Shown here piece after piece: positions 1 to 7,781 of a DNA stretch of 34,997 nt (the first letter of the stretch is position 1; every line of letters begins with the position of its first letter). Origin of the DNA: Thermoplasmata archaeon HGW-Thermoplasmata-1 (lineage in GTDB: Archaea; Thermoplasmatota; E2; GCA-002838935). The position numbers and the translations under genes were made by a program. The stretch covers positions 1 to 34,997 of the forward strand of contig PGXE01000003.1 of NCBI GenBank assembly GCA_002838935.1. The letters are read 5' to 3'. The notes beneath the pieces are model-generated. The model was not told the DNA's origin and did not search any database. It saw only the letters and a list, made by a program, of their open reading frames with translations.

Positions 1-107
1 GTGAAAACGAGCCCTGAGATAGACCGAAACAAAGTTTCGGGCGGGTCGAGGGGTGAGTGAAAACGAGCCCTGAGATAGACCGAAACAAAGTTTCGGGCGT
101 GTCGAGG
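1..107. repeat. Tandem direct repeat, period 56 nt, each unit with a hairpin
   Basis: 1-51 vs 57-107 match at 50/51 nt; each copy contains CCGAAAC-AAA-GTTTCGG (7-bp stem). May continue left of the window. Confidence 0.9.
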
Positions 108-292
108 AAGCTTTGCTTCCGAGATAAACCGAAGCGCGAGAGCGATTCGGTTCATTTGGGAGCGAGCGAAGCGAGCAAACAAATTAGACGCAAGTCCCAA
201 CCTCGGTTTCGGCTTGCTCGAAAGTTGCCCCGGTTTTACTATCTGCAACTTTCTCACTCGACCGAGACGCTCAAACCTAGGTTTATGGACAC
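106..292. repeat. Cluster of hairpins, REP/MITE-like noncoding element
   Basis: GGAAGC-TTT-GCTTCC (106-120), AACCGAA..TTCGGTT (127-152), GCGAGCGAAGCGAGC, GAAAGTTGC..GCAACTTTC (220-253); no convincing ORF. Confidence 0.55.
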
Positions 293-306
293 TAAAATAC
301 TAAAAA

Positions 307-699
307 TCAATTCCTCAAACTGAAGAAATACCGGGTCGGAATCCTCTTCCTTTTTCCGGTCCAGTATGGGCAGGCCGGACACTTTAGCTCTATCGTGACC
401 TCGCCGCCCCATATCGTCCTGTTCCGCAGGTGCTTCAACTTTTCACCGCAAACAGGACAAAACCGGAGTATTCTTTTCGGGTCCCCCGGCCTTGCCCTTA
501 TCTCGAGGCGCACGAAATCGCTCTGGGCCGCAAGCCTCCTTGCCCGATTGCCAGCCAGCCGGAAATCGCCGTCCCGTATCCTGAGCCGTTCGATGACGAG
601 TTCGGATAGCTTGCGCTGTGAGCCGACCGTGCCCGCGACCGCAAGCACTTCCAGGATGCACTCTCGCACTTCTTCGTCACTTGGGATTTTGTAACCCAT
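307..699 (-). CDS. Small basic protein with helical N-terminus and C-terminal Zn ribbon (CPVC-x22-CPAC)
   Basis: 130-aa ORF with two CxxC pairs; TATA-like TTAAGTAA about 22 nt upstream of the ATG (leaderless layout). Confidence 0.8.
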   Translation of the reverse strand: MGYKIPSDEEVRECILEVLAVAGTVGSQRKLSELVIERLRIRDGDFRLAGNRARRLAAQSDFVRLEIRARPGDPKRILRFCPVCGEKLKHLRNRTIWGGEVTIELKCPACPYWTGKRKRIPTRYFFSLRN

Positions 700-842
700 T
701 AAACGGATAATGCTCTATCTTTACTTAACCGTTTTCCGGCTACGCGAAAAACTTCGGTTGTTTCTGGTCTGCCGCAAAGCGCCTTGGAAAACTTTATGAA
801 CGGCAATTTACTCTGCTTTCTGATTACCATGGGGGTAACAGA

Positions 843-2495
843 ATGATGTATTTTGGAGAGAAGCAAAAGACGATGTCCGGAATAGCCAGATATGCCGCCG
901 AAAAGTGGGGCGGGCGACCTGCGGTAAAGTTCGATGACCGCGTTATCTCGTACGCCGAACTCGACCTTGCAAGCGACGGCTTCGCGAAAGGGTTGATGGC
1001 GCTTGGAGTAAAAAAGGGTGATCGGGTCGGTATCTGGATGCACAACCATCCGGAGTGGGTCGTGGCCTGGTTTGGCGCATCGAAGGCCGGCGCGACGATG
1101 GTGCCCCTTGATTATTGGTATAAGGCCGGAGAGGCGCAGTATATCCTCTGGCACAGCGGCACGTCAGTAGTCATTACGAGCGAGCCGATGTTCAAGGTGG
1201 ACTTCCTAGGTATGATAAACGAGATACGCACCGAGTTGCCGGAACTCAAGCACGCAGTCGTCTACGGCGAGTTGGGCGACCGCGCCAAGAACGGCTGGAT
1301 GACGGGCTTTGGCGAGTTGTTCGAGATAGGGAAAAAAGTCTCGGATGCGGAACTTGAAGCGCGGATGGACAAGACCGTGGAGTCCGACATCCACTTCATA
1401 CTCTACACTTCCGGAACGACGGGCAAGCCAAAGGGGGCGTCGCTCTCTCACCGCAACGTCATCCTCAACGCATGGATAGGCGGCGCGGGCCTGCGGGTTA
1501 CGCCTGAGGACAACATCCTCGTGCCGGTGCCCTATTCGCACTGCTTTGGCAACACGCTCGCGCTAACGCTCGCAAGCCTTCGCGGCGCATGCCAGACGCC
1601 CATGATCGCCTACGCGCCGGCAGAGGCGCTGCGCACCATAGAGAAGCAGAAATGCACGCTGCACCACGGAGTTCCCACCATGTTCATCCGCGAACTCGAA
1701 GCGCTAAAGTCTGAAAAATTCGACCTCTCGTCGATGCGTTCGGGATTCGTAGCGGGCGCGCCCTGCCCCAAGGAGGTGATGGTTGCGGTGCGCGAGAAGA
1801 TGGGTACGCAACTTCTCAACGTCTACGGGCAGACCGAAGCGTCGCCGCTCATCACGATGAACCGCTTCGGCGACGACATCGACACCATGAGCACGACTGT
1901 CGGCGTCGCGATACCCGGAGTCGAGATACGCATAGTCGACCCGATGACGCACAAGGAAATGCCTTGCGGGGAACAGGGGGAGCTTGCCTGCCGCGGCCAC
2001 TGCGTCATGGATGGCGGATACTACAAGCAGCCTGACAAGACCGCAGAAACCGTCGATGAGGGGGGTTGGCTTTACACCGGAGACCTTTCGGTCGAGACGC
2101 CTTACGGATATTACAAGATAACGGGGCGCGCAAAGGACATGGTGATAGTCGGCGGCTTTAACGTATTCCCGAAGGTCATAGAGGACCACATCATAAGGCA
2201 TCCGAAGGTGCAGGACGTTGCCGTTACAGGCGCAAAGGATTTTGATCTGGGAGAGGTCGTAGCGGCAGCGGTCATACCGGCAGCGGGGCAAAAGATCGAC
2301 CCGGTGGAGATAGTTGATTGGTGCTACGGCGAGATGTCGTCTGCGGCCGTGCCAAGATACGTTCTGATCGCGGAAAATCTTCCCTATTCCGGGCGCGGAA
2401 AGGTGCAGAAATTCAAGCTAAATGACCTGCTAAACGAGAAGATGGAAAAAGGCGAGATGGTGAAGTTGAAGCCGTCGAAGGTTGGGAAGAAGTAA
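843..2495 (+). CDS. AMP-forming acyl-CoA synthetase (long-chain fatty acid--CoA ligase family)
   Basis: Adenylate-forming motifs YTSGTTGKPKG, YGQTE, GWLYTGD, GRAKDM and GKVQK. Confidence 0.93.
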   Translation: MMYFGEKQKTMSGIARYAAEKWGGRPAVKFDDRVISYAELDLASDGFAKGLMALGVKKGDRVGIWMHNHPEWVVAWFGASKAGATMVPLDYWYKAGEAQYILWHSGTSVVITSEPMFKVDFLGMINEIRTELPELKHAVVYGELGDRAKNGWMTGFGELFEIGKKVSDAELEARMDKTVESDIHFILYTSGTTGKPKGASLSHRNVILNAWIGGAGLRVTPEDNILVPVPYSHCFGNTLALTLASLRGACQTPMIAYAPAEALRTIEKQKCTLHHGVPTMFIRELEALKSEKFDLSSMRSGFVAGAPCPKEVMVAVREKMGTQLLNVYGQTEASPLITMNRFGDDIDTMSTTVGVAIPGVEIRIVDPMTHKEMPCGEQGELACRGHCVMDGGYYKQPDKTAETVDEGGWLYTGDLSVETPYGYYKITGRAKDMVIVGGFNVFPKVIEDHIIRHPKVQDVAVTGAKDFDLGEVVAAAVIPAAGQKIDPVEIVDWCYGEMSSAAVPRYVLIAENLPYSGRGKVQKFKLNDLLNEKMEKGEMVKLKPSKVGKK

Positions 2496-2546
2496 AAAAT
2501 ATAACTCTTGTGACATCCTCCCCGCCCAAAGGGCGGGGCTTCCAAC

Positions 2547-2715
2547 TTAGAAATATGCCGATAGTTTAGTCTGATGAACGTCTTCTTGATGTCTTACGTA
2601 ATCGCAAGTCGTTTCCAAGTCTACATTCCTTCGCATGCTTGCGGAGGAAGACAATGAAGCGCGAAAGCGATTCGTAGGAATCACCGATGGTTCGGTAAAA
2701 CTTTCCGGTATCCAT
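2547..2715 (-). pseudogene. tnpA: IS200 Y1 transposase C-terminal remnant, frameshifted by a 55-nt insertion
   Basis: SD AGGTGA 7 nt before ATG 2715. Removing 55 nt gives MDTGKFYRTIGD-VDLETTCDYVRHQEDVHQTKLSAYF*, matching the TnpA pattern G.F.R(S/T).G followed by YxxxQ. Confidence 0.72.
2625..2681. mobile_element. 53-nt hairpin micro-insertion with AT direct duplication
   Basis: 2627-2679 is flanked by AT on both sides; imperfect terminal inverted repeat ATTCCTtCG/CGtAGGAAT; two internal hairpins; excision restores the tnpA frame. Confidence 0.6.
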
Positions 2716-2938
2716 CTTTATTTCACCTTTTTATATTGTTTTTTCAGCCTGCTCCACAGCAGGCTTGATTTAGAGAATAACTTTCTCTCGCTCTATTAAT
2801 TGTTTTGGTTGCTTTGTAGCCAATACCCAAACAATCCCTATCCCGGCAACAGGCAGATGCGGGAATCAATAATGGCAGCATTTTGTCTGTTGTAACCGGA
2901 TATGAAAAAGGGGAGAGTGGCTAGTTAGTTTTCTCTCA

Positions 2939-3643
2939 TCAAAACCCGTATTTTCCCCTTAGCGGCACGAATGCGCAGCCGCCCAGTCTTTCACTGCTGC
3001 AACCGCCTCCATTCTCATCTTTCTTAATCCTGACGAGTTCGCAAAAGATGTTCCCCACCGGCACGAGCAGAATTCCGCCCGGCTTCAACTGTTCGACGAG
3101 CGGGGGCGGAACCCTCGGTGCCGCGCAGGTCACGTATATCCTGTCGAACGGCGCCTCCTTTGCAAGTCCGCACGAACCGTCCCCCTCGACGACCCTTACA
3201 TTCGCAATCCCCGCCTTTGCGAGATTTGCCGCAGCCGCGCGTGCAAGACGGTTGTGACGCTCGACCGAAAAGACGGTGCCGCCCCCGCCTACGGCTGAAG
3301 CGGTTATCGCCGCGTGGTAGCCCGAACCGCAACCTATTTCCAGCACCTTTTGTCCCCCTTGCAACTCGAGCGCCTCGCACATTATCCCGACCATGTGCGG
3401 CGCGCTTATGGTCTGCCCGTAGCCTATCGGGAGGGGTTCGTCCTCGTAGGCGTGCGCCCTCATCGCCGCAGGCAGGAACAGTTCGCGGGGGACCGACAGG
3501 AACGCCTCGATGATACTCCGGCTCGACAGGATGCCTTCGTCGACAAGCCGTTCGACCATATTCGCCCTCTTCGCCCGCCACCCGCTTTCGCCGCCTCCCC
3601 TTTTTGGGCTTTCGGGTTTTAGGGGTTCTTCCTCGTCACGCAT
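2939..3643 (-). CDS. pcm: Protein-L-isoaspartate(D-aspartate) O-methyltransferase
   Basis: VPRELF, PLPIGYGQTISAPHMV, SAM motif VLEIGCGSGY, APFDRI, FVPL. Confidence 0.96.
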   Translation of the reverse strand: MRDEEEPLKPESPKRGGGESGWRAKRANMVERLVDEGILSSRSIIEAFLSVPRELFLPAAMRAHAYEDEPLPIGYGQTISAPHMVGIMCEALELQGGQKVLEIGCGSGYHAAITASAVGGGGTVFSVERHNRLARAAAANLAKAGIANVRVVEGDGSCGLAKEAPFDRIYVTCAAPRVPPPLVEQLKPGGILLVPVGNIFCELVRIKKDENGGGCSSERLGGCAFVPLRGKYGF

Positions 3644-3665
3644 GAAAGGGATGTTGTGGTTCCCG

Positions 3666-3683
3666 TTACTTAAGGTTTTATAA
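3666..3683. promoter_or_regulatory. Back-to-back TATA boxes for divergent pcm and arcC
   Basis: TTAAGTAA on the minus strand (3666-3673) and TTTTATAA on the plus strand (3676-3683). Confidence 0.55.
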
Positions 3684-3730
3684 CCCAGTCGGCCATTATC
3701 CCCATCCTTTCACATCATGGGGGTTAAAGG

Positions 3731-4672
3731 ATGACAAATAAGGGAAGGGCTGTTATCGCTCTCGGCGGAAACGCGCTTGTGAAACCTGAACAGAAAGGCA
3801 CGATATACGAACAGTTTGCAAACACCCGCGAGACCTCCGCCCATATCGTCAAGATGATAAAGGCGGGCTGGGAGGTGGTAATAACCCACGGCAACGGGCC
3901 GCAGGTGGGCGCCATACTGATACAGAACGAGCGTGCTAAGAACGAGGTTCCCGCAATGCCATTGGGCATATGCGTCGCCGAATCGGAAGGGGTCATCGGC
4001 TATATGATACAGCAGTGCCTTTCCAATGCGCTACGAAAGGCTGATCTGAAAAAGCCGGTCGTGGCCCTCGTTACGCAGGTGCTTGTTGACGACAACGACC
4101 CCTCTTTCTCGAACCCGACAAAACCGATCGGGCCGTATTACACGAAAAAGGTGGCGGAGGCGATGCGAAAGGCCGGGCAGCCGATGATGGAGCAGCGGCA
4201 CGGCTGGCGCATGATAGTCCCAAGCCCGGACCCGAAAGCGGTCGTCGAGGCGGACGTGATAAAAAAACTGATGGAAGACGGGATAATCGTCATCGCTTCC
4301 GGCGGCGGCGGAATGCCGGTGATAGAGAAACCGGGTTGGGGGCTCGACGGGCTTGAGGCGGTTATCGACAAGGACCTTGCGTCCGAGAGGCTCGCCCACC
4401 AGCTCGGCGCCGACCTTTTGCTCATCCTGACCGGCGAGGACAACGTATGCCTCAACTACGGCAAGCCGGATCAGCGGATATTGACGGGTGTGACTCTTGC
4501 GGAGATAAAGGCATACTACGAAGCGGGGCACTTCCCGCCGGGATCAATGGGGCCAAAGATACTTGCCGCGATACGCTTCCTCGAAGGAGGGGGAAAGAGG
4601 GTCGCTATAACGAGCCTCGATAAGGCCTACGAGGCCGCCGAAGGGCGCACGGGAACGCAGATAGTTTCGTGA
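3731..4672 (+). CDS. arcC: Carbamate kinase
   Basis: IALGGNAL, THGNGPQVG, NPTKPIGP, SGGGGMPV, AVIDKD, GSMGPK. Confidence 0.96.
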   Translation: MTNKGRAVIALGGNALVKPEQKGTIYEQFANTRETSAHIVKMIKAGWEVVITHGNGPQVGAILIQNERAKNEVPAMPLGICVAESEGVIGYMIQQCLSNALRKADLKKPVVALVTQVLVDDNDPSFSNPTKPIGPYYTKKVAEAMRKAGQPMMEQRHGWRMIVPSPDPKAVVEADVIKKLMEDGIIVIASGGGGMPVIEKPGWGLDGLEAVIDKDLASERLAHQLGADLLLILTGEDNVCLNYGKPDQRILTGVTLAEIKAYYEAGHFPPGSMGPKILAAIRFLEGGGKRVAITSLDKAYEAAEGRTGTQIVS

Positions 4673-4953
4673 TTCTATCTTTCTACGCGCATTATTCCTT
4701 TGATGTGTGCGCCTGTTTTGTCTTCTTGCCTTCGTGTTTTGCCTTCAACCTTTACGCGTTTCTGCCCCGTTTTATGTTCCGTTTATTTCAGCCGTCTCGG
4801 CCCAACTTTCTACCTTTTCATTGTGCGGCCAGATTTTGCCCTTTAAATAACATTTCAACAACCTATACAATCTTTATTTAAATCCAAACGTAGCTGCTTG
4901 CCACGAAGCCTGTGTGGATACAGGTCAAAGTTGAAAAAACGGAAGGCGAAAAA

Positions 4954-6105
4954 ATGTATGGGAAAATAGTGATTGCGGTCGCGTGCTTGATGCTTGCGTC
5001 CTCGTTTGCGGGTTGCGTGGGGAAAAATGAAACGGCGCTGGTCGTACCCGACGAACGAGTCGAGTTGTCCTCGCTTGCCGCATCAGACGCTCTGTTGCAT
5101 TATACGGGGGAGTTCCACAACGGCTGGGCGGTCTTCCGTCTGGATATTCCGGAATCGTGGTGGATGGAAAGGCCGGAAGATTCCGGGTTCTCTCTTCCGC
5201 TCCTGCTAAGCCTCGACTACACCGAAAAGAACAGGCCTCTTGCAAGCGAGATGGAACAGCCGCCGGAAGGGCACTTCTCCGCGGCGACCATAATGGGCGA
5301 GACTCAGTCCGGCCTACAGACCCTTGGCGGAGTCATGACGCAGTGGTACGCCAGAATCGACAACCTGCTGGATATCAAATCGACGCTCGCGCTGGAAAGG
5401 ATATACCTCCTGCTTGTGGACTGCTCCGTTTCGGCGGAGGGGGTCGTGCTGAAAGTCATGCCCGTCGACGAAGCCGCATGCACCGGCCACAACACCACCA
5501 TTGGCGAGATTGCAAATATGGCGGCCGAGGTGGAAAAGGGAAGGATCTCAATCGAAATGCTGCCCGATGCAACGGGAACCGGTGCCGATTTCGCATTCTA
5601 CAAAAGGTTCGTTTCGGCGGACGGCAAAGCTATCGAATATATGCGAAACGTGGAAGCCGCATGCCACGCAAACGGAATGTCCGAAATAGACATGCAGATG
5701 GAGGAGTGGATGCAACTGTCCTGCTCTTTTGCAAACCTTTCGAAAACGACGTGGGCGCATACCGAACTGTGGGTCGATGCGTATTCGTCCATGTTCTCTG
5801 GAATGATGGATTCGTCCTACTACACCTACTCTACCTGCCGCGGGACGTACGATAGCTACGACGATGCGCAAACGAGTATATTCGGCCTTGGTTTCGATGG
5901 TGATTTGGTCACCTGCTTCGCGGCAGATACCGCCCAGCAAAACGGCAGCATCTCCTTCGATTACGACCTGACGCTGTATGGCGGAGAAATAGGGAATGTC
6001 CGTTTCGCGTCGTTCTACGTCGCCGTTGACTTCGAAGCGATATACGACCTTGGCTGTAAGGATCTTGTCGCGGCAAACGATCCTGCCCGATTCTTCTCAT
6101 CCTGA
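4954..6105 (+). CDS. Hypothetical lipoprotein
   Basis: Start moved to ATG 4954: MYGK, hydrophobic stretch, lipobox FAGC; acidic mature part with no family I recognise. Confidence 0.8.
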   Translation: MYGKIVIAVACLMLASSFAGCVGKNETALVVPDERVELSSLAASDALLHYTGEFHNGWAVFRLDIPESWWMERPEDSGFSLPLLLSLDYTEKNRPLASEMEQPPEGHFSAATIMGETQSGLQTLGGVMTQWYARIDNLLDIKSTLALERIYLLLVDCSVSAEGVVLKVMPVDEAACTGHNTTIGEIANMAAEVEKGRISIEMLPDATGTGADFAFYKRFVSADGKAIEYMRNVEAACHANGMSEIDMQMEEWMQLSCSFANLSKTTWAHTELWVDAYSSMFSGMMDSSYYTYSTCRGTYDSYDDAQTSIFGLGFDGDLVTCFAADTAQQNGSISFDYDLTLYGGEIGNVRFASFYVAVDFEAIYDLGCKDLVAANDPARFFSS

Positions 6106-6242
6106 CGACGTTGAAGCCCCCGTTTGGGTGGCGCCACGAGTATCTCCTCGCCTCCTCCCCAAACAGGTTCCTCCAGACGGGGCTTCATATTTTTTATTTT
6201 TGGACAATCCTATTTCATGCGTGTTTTCCTGTTCTGATTACC

Positions 6243-6250
6243 TTTATTAA
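6243..6250 (+). promoter_or_regulatory. TATA box of a probably leaderless DRG transcript
   Basis: TTTATTAA ends 24 nt before ATG 6275; no SD sequence. Confidence 0.5.
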
Positions 6251-6274
6251 CGCCCCTCCCATTCGCTTTCTTGA

Positions 6275-7384
6275 ATGGCTACCATAGCCGAGCAGATAAA
6301 GGAGATTGAAGACGAGATCTTCAAGACCCAGAAGAACAAGGCCACAGAGCACCACCTCGGCAAGCTCAAGGCCAAGATAGCGAAGCTGAGGGACGAGCAG
6401 ATAAAGCAGCAGTCGGCAGGCGGCGCGGGCGTCTCTTTTGCGGTCCGAAAGAGCGGGAACGCAACAATCGGCCTGGTTGGCCTTCCAAGTGTCGGCAAGT
6501 CGACTCTGCTCAACAAGATAACGAACGCGAAGAGCGAAATAGGCGATTACGCTTTCACCACCCTCGACGTCGTGCCCGGAGTCATGGAATACAAGGGCGC
6601 GAAGATACAGGTCCTCGATCTGCCCGGCATCATAAAGGGCGCGGCTGCGGGAAAGGGGCGCGGGCGTGAGATTCTCTCGGTAGTCAGGACTGTCGACCTT
6701 ATCTGCCTCATGGTCGACGCCTATGACGGAAAACAACTCGACGTCATAACGAAGGAACTGTGGGACGTCGGGCTGCGGCTCAACCAGAGACCGCCGGGAA
6801 TCATCATGGCAAAGACCCAGCGCGGCGGGGTAAACGTGGCGACGACGGTCAATCTGACCAAGACCGATGTCGAAATGGTCGAAGACATCGCAGCCGAGTA
6901 TCGTATAATAAACGCCGACATCATAATACGCGAGGACGTGGACACAGACCAGTTGATAGATTTCTTTTCGGAAAACCGCATATACGTTCCGGCAATAGTG
7001 GTCATGTCGAAGGCGGACCTCACGGACAAGAACGTTTTGACATCCCTCAAAAAAAGATACGAGTGCGAGGGTTTCGACACGATAGCGATCTCGGCCCAGA
7101 CCGAAGCGGGCATCGAAAATCTCAAGGACGCGCTATACGGCACCCTGGAATTCATAAGAATATACCTAAAACCGCGCGGCGGCAAGCCGGATTTCAACGA
7201 ACCCCTCGTGGTAAAGAGCGGCTCGGACGTCGGTATGATATGCAACACCCTGCACCGCGACTTCTACAGAAAGTTCCGCTACGCGACCGTCTCCGGCCCT
7301 TCGTCCAAATTCCCGGACCAGAGGGTCGGCCTAGAGCACACGCTGCTTGACGGCGACGTGCTGACGATAATAGTCCGGAAGTGA
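6275..7384 (+). CDS. drg: DRG/Rbg-type OBG-family GTPase with TGS domain
   Basis: TQKNKATEHH N-terminus, G1 GLPSVGKS, YAFTT, DLPG, SKAD and a C-terminal TGS domain. Confidence 0.95.
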   Translation: MATIAEQIKEIEDEIFKTQKNKATEHHLGKLKAKIAKLRDEQIKQQSAGGAGVSFAVRKSGNATIGLVGLPSVGKSTLLNKITNAKSEIGDYAFTTLDVVPGVMEYKGAKIQVLDLPGIIKGAAAGKGRGREILSVVRTVDLICLMVDAYDGKQLDVITKELWDVGLRLNQRPPGIIMAKTQRGGVNVATTVNLTKTDVEMVEDIAAEYRIINADIIIREDVDTDQLIDFFSENRIYVPAIVVMSKADLTDKNVLTSLKKRYECEGFDTIAISAQTEAGIENLKDALYGTLEFIRIYLKPRGGKPDFNEPLVVKSGSDVGMICNTLHRDFYRKFRYATVSGPSSKFPDQRVGLEHTLLDGDVLTIIVRK

Positions 7385-7444
7385 ATATCCGGCAAACATT
7401 TATCTAATGACAATCAATTTAGCCCGAATCTATAGGGTGTTGAA

Positions 7445-7729
7445 ATGTACATAGAAGAAGGCGCGATAATCGCTTTGATAGGCATGGGCGTCGTTTTCCT
7501 TTTCTTGTCGATATTAGCCCTCCTCATATCCCTTCTCGGCAGGGGCGGTGCGTTCTTTGACAGGCTGAAAAAGAAGAAGGGTGCGGAAAAAAACCTTCTT
7601 TTGCCCGGGCCAAGCGGCATAGTCATGGCCGAGGAAGAGGCGATACGGGATGCGATGTCAAAATTCCTGCTGGAGCGCTACGGAAGGAAGGTGGAGTTCG
7701 AGATAAAGGAAATAAAGAAGGGGGAGTGA
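7445..7729 (+). CDS. oadG: Na+-transporting decarboxylase gamma subunit (OadG family)
   Basis: GMGVVFLFLSIL single TM helix; directly upstream of oadA and oadB. Confidence 0.8.
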   Translation: MYIEEGAIIALIGMGVVFLFLSILALLISLLGRGGAFFDRLKKKKGAEKNLLLPGPSGIVMAEEEAIRDAMSKFLLERYGRKVEFEIKEIKKGE

Positions 7730-7781
7730 TGGCGCGCAATGGGATTTTCAAACAACCTGACGTGATATTGGAGGGAATACA

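Larger units (their letters stand above)
2510..2875 (-). mobile_element. Non-autonomous, internally deleted IS200/IS605-family element (left boundary uncertain, about 2770-2875)
   Basis: Minus strand ends GGAAGCCCCGCCCTTTGGGCGGGGAGGATGTCAC, resembling archaeal IS200/605 right ends (8-bp stem at 2520-2538); tnpA remnant inside; further hairpin AGCCTGCT-CCAC-AGCAGGCT at 2746-2765. Confidence 0.75.

Noticed and set aside
1..107. CRISPR array
   Set aside because: Only two copies, 51-nt repeat with a 5-nt gap, no unique spacers and no cas genes.
57..323. 88-aa ORF
   Set aside because: Runs through repeat and hairpin DNA with no protein-like features.
2571..2620. Hammerhead ribozyme (CTGATGA)
   Set aside because: No stem II plus GAAA core follows; the segment is explained as tnpA antisense.
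2620..2690. Bulge-helix-bulge intron
   Set aside because: I could not form the 4-bp central helix with 3-nt bulges at the junction; an AT duplication fits better.
2510..2700. TnpB/IscB omega-RNA locus
   Set aside because: The tnpA frame stops a few nt from the end hairpin, leaving no separate scaffold; no tnpB or iscB remnant is visible.
4669..4881. 70-aa Phe-rich ORF
   Set aside because: Product of a T-rich intergenic/terminator tract.
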